Positions 38,612 to 50,249 of a DNA stretch of 64,000 bases are shown here, piece by piece. The stretch covers positions 4,154,001 to 4,218,000 of the forward strand of contig OZ024750.1 in the NCBI GenBank assembly GCA_964016885.1, written 5' to 3'. Below the pieces are notes generated by a model. That model had not been told where the DNA came from and searched no databases. It worked only from the letters and a program-made list of their open reading frames with translations. Within the stretch, counting starts at the first letter, position 1. Each line of letters opens with the position of its first letter. Position numbers and translations under genes: made by a program. Origin of the DNA: Eledone cirrhosa (Eukaryota).

Positions 38612-39397
38612 TATGAATAGCAACTTTTGATTTGAAAAAAAAAAAAAAATTCTCATTCACTCCTTCACTATATTGTAAAATATAAACAAAAGGCTTGGCA
38701 CATTTCACATAAAATGAACTGTTTTATTTATGGAAAAGTTAATTCTTTTGTTAATTACAAGGACAGATATTTTCTAACCTCTTTTAAGCAATGATGAACA
38801 CCAAGTGTTTTTGTACAAATATTTCTTATCACAGATTTCCCAAACAACATAACTTTACTACTTAACATAAAAATTATCAGGAATCTTGAGGCGTTGATTA
38901 AATTTCTCTGCCTTGTAGCAATGCATTATTAAGAAGTGTTGAACATTTCATTAGCTGTCTTCTATTTAAAGGTGTCTCTAAGAATTAAGGAAAATACTAC
39001 TGTTTATAGAATTATATATAACTTTGTAGACTAGAGGCTGTTTCACAGATGACTGGTTGCATGTTAAACTAATTATTTACTCAAGGATGAACAAATCTCT
39101 CTCCATCACTATAATCTCCAACTAATTATTGATTTTTATAAAGAAAAAGGACCTTCCAAGGTTAATTACTCTGTTATCTACACTCTCAGAGTGAGCAGCT
39201 TAATTATTATTCATTCTTCATCTACTTCCCTCTTGACTTACAATTACTTTTTATTACAAGCCATTCCCCCTCCCTATCTCTACCTCCCTCTCTCTCTCTC
39301 TACTCATCAGGAGTAAGTGAATTAGGAAAATAATTTACTGCTAAATATTACAACACCCTAGATCTACGTCTCCCACCCACATGCACCTCTTCATCCT

Positions 39398-40062
39398 TAG
39401 CACCCCCAGTTCATAATGTAAAGTGGTCGTTTTGGTGCCATGATAAAAAGCACCCAGTCCACACTGTAAAGTGGTCGTTTTGGTGCCATGATAAAAAGCA
39501 CCCAGTCCACACTGTAAAGTGGTCGTTTTGGTGCTATGATAAAAAGCACCCAGTCCACACTGTAAAGTGGTCGTTTTGGTGCTATGATAAAAAGCACCCA
39601 GTCCATACTGTAAAGTGGTCGTTTTGGTGCTATGATAAAAAGCACCCAGTCCACACTGTAAAGTGGTCGTTTTGGTGCTATGATAAAAAGCACCCAGTCC
39701 ATACTGTAAAGTGGTCGTTTTGGTGCTATGATAAAAAGCACCCAGTCCACACTGTAAAGTGGTCGTTTTGGTGCTATGATAAAAAGCACCCAGTCCATAC
39801 TGTAAAGTGGTCGTTTTGGTGCTATGATAAAAAGCACCCAGTCCACACTGTAAAGTGGTCGTTTTGGTGCCATGATAAAAAGCACCCAGTCCACACTGTA
39901 AAGTGGTCGTTTTGGTGCTATGATAAAAAGCACCCGGTCCACACTGTAAATGTGATTGACATTAGGAAGGACATCCAGACATAGAAACAAAGCCAGAAAC
40001 AGTTCTGTATGAGCAAGACATGGTCGCCTGATCTGACTTGTCTCACAAAGGGACAACCCGTC
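39398..40062 (+). mobile_element. RTE-tailed SINE body with 48-bp internal unit amplified about 11x
   Basis: aaaaagcacccagtccacactgtaaagtggtcgttttggtgctatgat array running into attaggaagg.catccag...gggacaacccgtc. Confidence 0.85.
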
Positions 40063-40627
40063 ACTTCAAATTCTTGATTATCTTCAAAATTATTTGCAAA
40101 TCCTAGTCAGAGAGTCCTTCATTAGAAATATTGTAATAAAATGGTTAAACTTAATTTGTTTTGCTTTCAACTTGTAGTCGAGGTGTTGAATTAGTATGCT
40201 AGGTTAGAATCTTCCAAACGAACGAACTCTATCTCAAAGATACGGTAAGTTCTATAAGCTATTTTGATTATAGAGAGACAACTTTAGTCTTCAGGCTGTC
40301 TTCCAGTTGTTTAACTTGATTACATCAGCATATCAGAATTTATTCCTCTTAAAGTGATACTCACAGAAAGATAAATAAAACACAAATCAATTTAACTATG
40401 CTGCCACTGCTTATTTTGTTGTGTTGTTTCTAGACGAATTAAAACATAAAGTGGATTGGATCATTTGGGAGCTAAGTATCTATTTAGATTTTTGGGTCAT
40501 CAACACACCAAAATACAGACATATAAGTAGAAAATATAAACATTACAGCACTTAAACCATCTTATACTTATGATAGAAGAATCAGGAACACTATAAACAC
40601 TCCCTTTCTTTCCTGGATTCATTTGCA

Positions 40628-40781
40628 CACACATACACTGAGACACATACACTTAGACACATACACTTAGACACATACACTGAGACACATACACTGAGAC
40701 ACATACACTGAGACACATACACTTAGACACATACACTTAGACACATACACTGAGACACATACACTGAGACACATACACTTA
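40628..40781. repeat. 14-bp minisatellite x11
   Basis: acacatacact(g/t)ag. Confidence 0.9.
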
Positions 40782-41030
40782 CTAAACTGATCTGATCTTA
40801 TCAAGCTAACATTAAGAGGTTTTTTTTATATAATCTTCACACAAACATTTTCCTTTCTAGATTTACACAGAAGAAAACATCTCCTCTCACTGAAAATTAT
40901 ATATTTATATAAATTAAGTTTCATAAACAAAAAAAAACAAAAAAAAACTGGTATATAGAATGAACAAATGACATTTTACTTGGATATGATCTGTGAATAA
41001 AAGGGTAGTCTTAGATGTAAACTTTTAGGC

Positions 41031-41803
41031 TAATAATAATAATGAAATTATTGTGTACAGTGCTCAGGTGCACTACAACTCATCAAAGGTGCATGTATTG
41101 TACATAGAATAATGTACAAATGTCAGGGAAGTGAATAGTGTATGAGTCATGATATACATGTGTGCGTGTGTATGGAGGGGGAATATTAGGTGTAGTGTTG
41201 GCGAATCTCAGGAAGCATGGAGGTTTTAAAGGATGCAGTGTCTCGACAACTAATAACTGATGCAAGTAGTTTGTTCCATGGAGGTTTTAAAGGATGCAGT
41301 ATCTCAACAACTAATAACTGATGCAGGTAGTTCGTTCCATGGAGGTTTTAAAGGATGCAGTGTCTCGACAACTAATAACGGATGCAGGTAGTTTGTTCCT
41401 TGGAGGTTTTAAAGGATGCAGTGTCTCGACAACTAATAACTGATGCAAGTAGTTTGTTCCATGGAGGTTTTAAAGGATGCAGTGTCTCGACAGCTAACAA
41501 CTGATGCAGGTAGTTTGTTCCATGGAGGTTTTAAAGGATGCAGTGTCTTGACAGCTAACAACTGATGCAGGTAGTTTGTTCCATGGAGGTTTTAAAGGAT
41601 GCAGTGTCTCAACAGCTAATAACTGATACAGGTAGTTTGTTCCATGGAGGTTTTAAAAGATGAAGTGTCTCGACAGCTAACAACTGATGCAGGTAGTTTG
41701 TCCCATGCTTCAGCAACTCTGAGCGTGAAAAAATGTTTCCGAAAGTTATGGGAGCTGTGCTGTTTTCTGACTTTGTTGGCATGTCCACGTGTGTTAGACA
41801 CAT
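41031..41803 (-). mobile_element. CR1-clade LINE 3' end with the 61-bp unit amplified 8x
   Basis: SNTRGHANKVRKQHSSHNFRKHFFTLRVAEAWDKLP; 3' UTR near-identical to 4207-4390. Confidence 0.85.
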
Positions 41804-42379
41804 GGAAATCAAAAAGGAGCTCGGGGTTGCTGGTTAATAATTTTGTGGGTGTTTACCAAGTCACAGTTGCCAAACATCGGAGCTTCTAATTCTACAATAA
41901 ACTGAATGTCCATAGTTAGACATTGCCCAACAAGGAATCTGATATTTAGGTTATACACAGGCTGATATTATGAAATTAATATCAATGAAATAAAATGAAA
42001 AGTCCATCATCATAACAAACCTGTTTAGCTGATTCAGCATTTTGTGAGCAAGTAAGTACTGTGACTGATGTTGGTTTTATTATGGTGGCGATTATTGTGG
42101 TAAGGAGAAGTGTGGTGGGTGGAGAGAGAGGGGGAAAGGGGTAGGGGGAGTGAGAGGTAAGGAGGGAGAGAGGGACTGTGGATGTAGAGTGGTACTGTGA
42201 CTATAGAGATGTATTAGAGAGGAGGATATATATATAAAGAGAGAGAGAGAGAGTGAGAGTTCTTACTAATTAAAAACTAGTAAAATTCTGGTCTATATAT
42301 ATATAATATAAAATAATTTACTAATGAGTCTCTCTCTCTCTCTCTCTTATATATATACATATATATACATTTCTGTGTG

Positions 42380-42505
42380 TGTATATCATGACTCATAAAC
42401 TGTTCACTTCCCTGACATTTGTCCATTATTCTATGTACTATACATGCACCTGAGCACAGTTGAATGCATCTGAGCACTGTATACAATAATTTTCATTATT
42501 ATTAT
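42380..42505 (+). mobile_element. CR1 3' UTR fragment
   Basis: gtatatcatgactcat..cacttccctgacatttgt..ctgagcactgta. Confidence 0.7.
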
Positions 42506-42685
42506 ATTATTATATATCAGATAGGTGATGAGCACTTTAGCCTTAGTTGGCAATCACCTAGAGATGGTGTTTCATTAAATAAAAAACACTGCTTGGTGGT
42601 GAACCTTGTACCATATATGTGAGACAGTGACATATACACTTGAATTAGTTACATTTGAACAAAATAAACTTCATAATTAATTGCA

Positions 42686-42920
42686 CTGAGCCACTACTTC
42701 TCTGAATTGAGAGATCACAGCGCCGATACTATGGGCATGTGGTTAAAATGTCTCAGGAAAGAATCTCTGGCCAGATTTGTAGCTCGGAGATCAGAGTCAC
42801 ACCAGGTAGAGCCGCTACCTCTCTGAATTGAGAGATCACAGCGCCGATACTATGGGCATGTGGGTTAGAATGTCTCAGGAAAGAATTGCTGGACAGATTT
42901 TACTGACAAAACCAGAAGTC
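42686..42920 (+). mobile_element. RTE family 2 fragment with about 120-bp internal duplication
   Basis: EPLLL.IERSQRRYYGHVV.MSQER twice; junction gattt|gtagctcggagatcagag as at 20960-21000. Confidence 0.7.
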
Positions 42921-42924
42921 AAAT

Positions 42925-43440
42925 GACCATGTTAGATGCTATTTTTTAATATAGATATATAGACCTGCTTCAACTAACATCTGGGCACATATTTACTTCA
43001 TATCACAATTAGCTATTTCAACACAGATATCAACATACTACAGGTTACATTAACATGTTAGATACTAATTTTTAATGTAAACATGTCATGCTATCTGAAG
43101 CAGATATCTCCATGTCACAATTAGCTATTTCAATGCAGATAACATACTTGAGGTTAGTTAATTCAACATGTTAGATGCACATTTTTAATGTAGATATGTC
43201 ATGCTATCTCAAGTAGATATCTCCATGTTAAAATTTGCTATTTCAATACAGATATCAATGGATATTAACACACATGTTGGCTGTTAGTATTTTTATATAA
43301 GATATGTCAAGCTATTTCCTTCATGTCATAATTTACTATTTCAACGCAGATATCAACAAATTAAAGATTACATCAACAACATTTTTGTGGCTAATTGTTA
43401 ATATAGATTTATAAACTTGCCTACACTAATATTTGAGCAG
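42925..43440. repeat. Old diverged tandem repeat of about 110 bp, 4-5 units
   Basis: Recurring catgttagat..atttttaat.tagat and tgtcacaattagctatttcaa..cagatatcaac. Confidence 0.65.
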
Positions 43441-44494
43441 TTAACTCCTTCCTTATTGCAGGTGACATAAAGAAGGCAATCAGCTGTCTAACAGATAGCA
43501 CCAGATTCAATTTACATTAATAACAGCACTGGAAAAAACAAAACACAAACAAGAAAACAACTGAGTCTTTGGTGCTCTCTTTTCTTATTCTCTTTCTTTC
43601 TCTCTGGTCTCACAAGAATTAATACTTGAAAATTTCAACCAAACTTTGGTTTAATATTATCTTTAATGTAAATCAATAAATCAACAGTTGAGGTGATTGA
43701 AAAATGACGTTTATGGTGCACTGCGACAGAAAATGTCTGCAACCACTCTAAATGTACAAAAATAGAATAGAGATTGAACATGTTGTTCTTAGTTTTAAAT
43801 ATATATCTGCATGTTTGTTTGTTTGTGTATGCATTGGTATGTAGGCATGTGTGTATACGCATGTGTGTATACGCATGTGTGTGTATATGAGAAAAACAAC
43901 AACACAATTTAAGGAAGTGTATGAAAGTGTAGGTGAGGGGATATGTATGTGTGTATGTGTGTGTGTGTGTGTGTATATGTATGTGTGTGTATATGTATGT
44001 GTGTGTGGGTGAGGGGAGAATGAACAACATGACACATGAGACTCTGTAGAGATGAAAGAATCATTAGATGCCAGAAGATGGCGAGATGTTGTTACATTAT
44101 GGTCAGAAAGCCAATATCATCATCATCATCATCACCATTTTACATTCACTTTCCATGCTGACATGATGGGTTGTCATGTTCTAACACCAAATAGGTCACA
44201 TTGACCCATCTTGTCCATTTATTCCATATTTGGCATAGTTTCTATGGATGGATGCCATTTCTAATGCCGATCACCTTAGAAGGTGTATTGGGTTCATTAT
44301 TATCATGGCACCATGCTACCCCTTTACAGAGTCTGTTGGGTGTATTTTATTGTGGTTCTAACTGGAGAAGAAACACCAACAACAAAATCATTTTGATTCT
44401 ACCAAATATTTATTATTATCTTGGAATTAAAGAAATGTATTATTTCTTCTGGTAGAATTTAGTTGTAGTCCTTTATATTGGAGTTTAAATCCTA

Positions 44495-44855
44495 CTAAGG
44501 TCATTCTACCATTCCTTCCTATCAAGGTCAATCTACCATTCCTTCCTGTCAAGGTAATTCTAACACCATTCCTTCCTGCCAAGGTCATTCTAACACCATT
44601 CCTTCCTGTCAAGGTCATTCTAACACCATTCCTTCCTGCCAAGGTCAATCTAACTTATTCTTTCTTGTCAAGGTCAATCTAATTTATTCCTTCCTGCCAA
44701 GGTCAATCTAACTTATTCCTTCCTGCCAAGGTCATTCTAACATTCCTTCCTGCCAAGGTCAATCTAACTTATTCCTTCCTGCCAAGGTCATTCTAACATT
44801 CCTTCCTGCCAAGGTCATTCTAACACCATTCCTTCCTGCCAAGGTCAATCTAACC
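44495..44855. repeat. 27-30-bp minisatellite about 12x
   Basis: caaggtcattctaacaccattccttcctgc. Confidence 0.9.
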
Positions 44856-45537
44856 TCTGGCCAGAATAGGGTATATCTATGAGTCCCCTACGAACTTTCA
44901 ACTGACCCTCATTTCTAAATATATATAATAGAGACCGCCATTATCTTATAGATATTATATAATTGTTTCTACTTTTGGCACAAGGCCAGCAATTACCCAA
45001 GTACTTTACTGGTACTCTATTTTATCGACCCTGTAAGGATGAAAAGCAAAGTTAAAAACAATATAGTATTATAACCATATTTATATAAAAATATATATAA
45101 ATACAGCCTGGAGCATTTTCTATCAATAATTCATAGTAGATCAATATTTTGGTTAATGATTGCTTATCTGAAGTAGGCAAATATTTACTTTGCTCTCTCC
45201 ATCTTCCCCAGAAGCTATCATAATTGTATGTTTAATTCCTAAGTCTACACACTCCCATCATACATATATAAATATATAAATATATATCATTTTTATATTT
45301 GCTTTCCATGCTAGCATGACTACAACAGTCATTACAGCCCAAGTCAGTTCACATTCAAAGTTATATGTTGAAAAATAAACCTTATTTGGTCATTCCATGA
45401 GAGTATCTTGGTCATCCTACAAATTTTTCAGCCAACCTTCACATAAAAAAACAATTGTCCAGTTTCTTTTATGGTTTATATTGTTGTTTTTTTTTGCTTT
45501 CAAATGATTGAATATTGATACTGCAATACAGGTATTT

Positions 45538-45727
45538 GGTGGTGGATTGACAGTATCGGTAGAGGGTCGGATGCCATGCTTTGCAGCATAGTGTTACGGC
45601 CCTTGCCATTCGCAGTTCAAATCCCGCCGAGGTTAACTTTGCTTTTCATCCTTACGGGGTCGATAAAATAAAGTACCAGTAATGCACTGGGATAATTGCT
45701 AGCCTTGTGCCAAAAGTAGAAACAATT
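45538..45727 (+). mobile_element. SINE A followed by 13-bp tandem (tatacaggtatta)x10
   Basis: Family consensus; atacaggtatt also directly precedes the SINE. Confidence 0.85.
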
Positions 45728-45982
45728 ATATACAGGTATTATATACAGGTATTGTATACAGGTACTGTATAGAGGTATTATATACAGGTATTATATACAG
45801 GTATTATATACAGGTATTATATACAGGTATTATATACAGGTATTATATACAGGTATTGTACACAACCATATTAGTCTTCACAGTGAACTAGAAATTCATG
45901 GTGAGCTGATAAATGGTGCAACTGTTGATTCTAGCCACACTGTCAAATCACTTGCACAATGTTTACCAAATCAGATATAATA

Positions 45983-46300
45983 TATCATCATCATCATCAT
46001 CATCACCACCGTTTTACGTCCGTTCTTCCATGCTAGCATGGGTTAGACGGGTTGTCCTGTTGTGGGCAGTGTCTGGTCGGCTGACCTTGTCTTGCTGATA
46101 CAGGAACTGATTTTGGCTTGATTCCTACAGCTGGATGCCTTCCTAACACCAACCTCATTTACAGTGAGTGCTGGGTGCTTTTTTCCGTGGCGCCTACATG
46201 TCCACTTTACAGTGTGGGCTGGATGCTTTTTTGCCGTGGCACCTCCACAACCACTTTGCAGTGGGAGGGTGTGGGGCATATTGTCTATATGCTTCAGCTT
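45983..46300 (-). mobile_element. RTE-tailed SINE body (tail type 2)
   Basis: Reverse complement of 5722-6030 including leader ctgaag.atatagacaatatgcccc. Confidence 0.75.
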
Positions 46301-46326
46301 GTACCCATGGGAGGTCGGGTACTCTG

Positions 46327-46380
<54 letters not shown>

Positions 46381-46652
46381 TATTTGTGTATATACTTCAT
46401 TTATTTGATTACTGCACACTCTACAATTGTTTCTGCAACCAGTCTTTACTCAACACAAGAAAAGTTACGTAACTACTGGGATTTAAAGATTGCTCGCTTC
46501 TTCAGGAATTAATGAAGGCTCAAAAAAGACATCAGTTCATAAGGATAATTGAAAACACACACACATACACAGGGAGATTTCTATTGAGAGTGAGATAAAA
46601 AAATCGCAAAGGAAAAGATTATTTAAGACTCATTTCATTATTTAGCTAAATG

Positions 46653-46694
<42 letters not shown>

Positions 46695-46736
46695 TATATA
46701 TATATATATATATATAGGAGGAATTTGTAGTTTACT

Positions 46737-46770
<34 letters not shown>

Positions 46771-46775
<5 letters not shown>

Positions 46776-46903
46776 ATAATAATAAATTTGAAGACTAAAA
46801 TCCAAAGAGGGCTCGATAAGGATAACTATATATCACAAGAAGATCCTGTTAAGGGTGAAAGCAGCGATTCTTTGCTTAAACTTTAATCTGTTATTTTAAT
46901 CTG

Positions 46904-46905
<2 letters not shown>
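46771..46905. mobile_element. Family P2, rearranged copy (inverted tail placed before hammerhead module)
   Basis: aagactaaaatccaaagagggctcgataaggat then agaagatcctgttaagggtgaaagcagcgattctttgcttaaact. Confidence 0.7.
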
Positions 46906-46977
<72 letters not shown>

Positions 46978-47667
46978 GCAAGCATGGAAAATGTGAATGT
47001 AAAACAATGATGATATATAAATACACAATACACACACCATCATACAACATTAATAAGCTCCAGCTCCATGAGCAGGATGAGTCTAGTCTATGACCTAATT
47101 TTGATAGCAGTTTGGCAACTTAATGTCTTACTTAAACCTCTGCTAAGTTTAACTAAATCCAATCATAATATTTTTATGTCTGTATTTTCCGTGTTGGTAT
47201 AAAAGTTAGACAAGACTTCTTGAGGCAACATTATATGAATGGATGCCCATCCTGATGCCAAACTTTGGTGTAAGGTACATTATCACATTGGTCTCTGTAA
47301 ATAGAGCTTCCAGGATCATAGCATACTCTGACCAGTGTCCAAACTGTCAATGAAAAACACACACATATATATGTGTGTGTTTGTGTGTTTGTTTGTGTGT
47401 TTGTGTGTTTATATGTATGTGTAATCAAAACAACATAAACTGACCAACAAATGAATGTTAGACTTTGTATTTGCCATGTATATTTATTCTGCCATTACTA
47501 CAACAAATGCCCGACGAGCTTTTGATTACAGAGTCGGGCCAGGTGGAAACAGATCGAACCTTGAGCTGGTCAACAGAAAAACATACGTCACCAACCAATA
47601 AATGTAACGAAGGCTTAACCATTCGTCCTTGTATTATCTATATATATATATATATATGTATTAATTT

Positions 47668-47838
47668 TTATTAAAATAACAGATTAAAGTTTAAGCAAAG
47701 AATCGCTGCTTTCACCCTTAACGGGATCTTCTGAAACTAAAAACAAATATTTGCTCTACGGTTCTTATATATTTGATATATATTTATCCTTATCGAGCCC
47801 TCTTTGGATTTTAGTTTTCAAATTTATTATTATTACTA

Positions 47839-47840
<2 letters not shown>
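47668..47840. mobile_element. Family P2 copy with inverted hammerhead module; complete fold at 47688-47738 (-)
   Basis: Minus strand agttt-CAGAAGA-tcccgttaagggt-GAAA-gca...tgc-TT-aaact, then plus-strand tail. Confidence 0.7.
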
Positions 47841-47892
<52 letters not shown>

Positions 47893-47939
47893 ACCCTTGC
47901 TAGCAGGGAAAGTAGATATGATGACGATGATATATATAT

Positions 47940-48380
47940 ATGCTCCGTTGGATGTGCAATGTCAATGTGCGTGAACGACCCAGCATGAATGTGTTGAGAG
48001 AGAAACTGTGTCTGAGAGGGATAGAATGTAGTGTGCGGGAAAGGAGACTGAGGTGGTATGGACATGTGATGTGTTGAGAGAGAAACTGAGTCTGAGAGGG
48101 ATAGAATGTAGTGTGCGGGAGAGGAGACTGAGGTGGTATGGACATGTGATGCGCATGGAGGATGACCGATGGGTGAATAAGTGCCAGGAAATGCCAGTTG
48201 AAGGAAGACGTGGTAGAGGTAGACTACGAAAAACATGGGCGGAGGTGGTGAGAACAGACCTCAGATCGCTGAAGCTCACGGTGGAGATGACGAAGGACCG
48301 TGACAAGTGGAGAGATGCTGAATAAGACCCGTCCCACCCTTGCAAACAGGGAAAAGCGGACGTAAAATGATGATGATGAT
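47940..48380 (+). mobile_element. Young RTE LINE family 1 3' end with 80-bp internal duplication
   Basis: [79 protein letters not shown]; tail cccgtcccacccttgcaaacagggaaaagcggacgtaaaa(tga)n. Confidence 0.9.
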
Positions 48381-48439
48381 ATATATATATATATATACAT
48401 ACATATATATATATATACATACATATATATATATATATG

Positions 48440-48498
<59 letters not shown>

Positions 48499-48729
48499 TG
48501 AAATTCCGTTATAACAAAATTCACGAAATAGAGGTAGAGGTGGTGGAGTATTCTGGGTAATTTTCTATTCAGTCCTATATGTAGAGAATTAGAGAGATAT
48601 TACAGTACTGGGTTACCTATTAAGGAAGAGATGAAAGCAACAGTTTCATTAAGAAAAGTCTTTTGTAGTTAGTATTTTATTGTTATTTAGTGAGGGTCAC
48701 TATTACTAACAATCTTATCTCTTTTTCAG

Positions 48730-48785
48730 TTCTGGCAGAAATCCAGACAAACTCAGAATTTCTCCTTCCCAACCATCAATCACAG
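48730..48785 (+). other. Candidate 56-nt internal exon of an unidentified host transcript
   Basis: TACTAAC at 48704-48710, pyrimidine tract, CAG acceptor, CAG|GTGAAT donor, open in all three frames. Confidence 0.4.
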
Positions 48786-49647
48786 GTGAATAGTAGTAGT
48801 AGTAGTAGTATTAATAGTACTACTACTACTACTACTAGTAGTAGTAGTAGTAGTAGCTTTGTTATATTATTTGGAAACTGTGAAATTACAGAATATACAC
48901 AATGCAAGTAAACATACATACATATAATTGAATACAAACATATATATATATATATATATAGTAATATAGTGATATATATATTTATAGAGTAATATAGTGA
49001 TATATATATATATATATAGTAATATAGTGATATATATATAGTAATATAGTGATATATATATTTATAGAGTAATATAGTGATATATATATATATATATACA
49101 TAGTAATATAGTGATATATATATAGTAATATAGTGATATATATATATAGTAATATAGTGATATATATATTTATAGAGTAATATAGTGATATATATATAGT
49201 AATATAGTGATATATATATAGTAATATATTGATATATATATATAGTAATATAATGATATATATATTTATATAGTAATATAGTGATATATATATATATATA
49301 GTAATATAATGATATATATATATATATATAGTAATATAATGATATATATATATATATATATAGTAATATAGTGATATATATATATAGTAATATATATATT
49401 TATATAGTAATATAGTGATATAAATATATATATATATATATTTCGTTTCTGAATTTGTTTAGCAAGATTCTTTATCTGAAAACGTGTGTTGAAACCGATA
49501 TTGTTATACTTTGGGAGGGTCATGTTGCCAATAAGAAACACACGCACCAGTTGCTTTCACTTCAATTTATTATAATAAATTTATAAATTTAGGAATTTAT
49601 AAATTTCCGGTTGGTTGGTTCCACAACCAGATGATTGTTTATATATT

Positions 49648-49690
49648 GTCAAAGTTCTTTCGTCACACATTCTGTGACCTCTTCAGTGAC
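49648..49690 (-). ncRNA. Minimal type I hammerhead ribozyme (P3 left arm)
   Basis: gtca-CTGAAGA-g-gtcaca-gaatg-tgtgac-GAAAG-aa-CTT-tgac. Confidence 0.7.
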
Positions 49691-49770
49691 TGGGGATTCT
49701 TTTCTTTGTTTTTGTGCCTCTCCTTTGTTCTGTCCATCTTGTTTTTGTGTGTGTGTTCCCAGAATCCCCA

Positions 49771-49813
49771 ATCACTGAAGAGGTCACAGAATGTGTGACG
49801 AAAGAACTTTGAC
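49771..49813 (+). ncRNA. Minimal type I hammerhead ribozyme (P3 right arm)
   Basis: atca-CTGAAGA-g-gtcaca-gaatg-tgtgac-GAAAG-aa-CTT-tgac. Confidence 0.65.
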
Positions 49814-49995
49814 AATATATAAACAATCATCTGGTTGAGGAACCAACCAACCAACCGGAAATTTATAAATTCCTAAATTTATAAATTTATTATAATAAAT
49901 TGAAGTGAAAGCAACTGGTGCGTGTGTTTCTTATTGGCAACATGACCCTCCCAAAGTATAACAATATATATATATATTTATATAGTAATATAGTG

Positions 49996-50036
<41 letters not shown>

Positions 50037-50210
50037 GTAATATAGTGATATATATATTTATATAGTAATATAGTGATATATATATTTATATAGTAATATA
50101 GTGATATATATATATATTTATATAGTAATATAGTGATATATATATTTATATAGTAATATAGTGATATATATATATATTTATAGTGATATATATATTTATA
50201 GAGTAATATA

Positions 50211-50249
<39 letters not shown>

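Larger units (their letters stand above)
49441..49967. mobile_element. Hammerhead-bearing foldback element family P3 (Penelope-like inverted pseudo-LTR)
   Basis: Arms 49498-49700 and 49761-49967, 60-bp spacer; decayed relative at 63900-64000. Confidence 0.8.

Noticed and set aside
40178-40244. Good acceptor and GTAAGT donor pair
   Set aside because: Stops in all three frames; could only be non-coding and is unsupported
47505-47575. ccgacga...gaaac...gtc motif
   Set aside because: Core mismatch and stems do not pair convincingly
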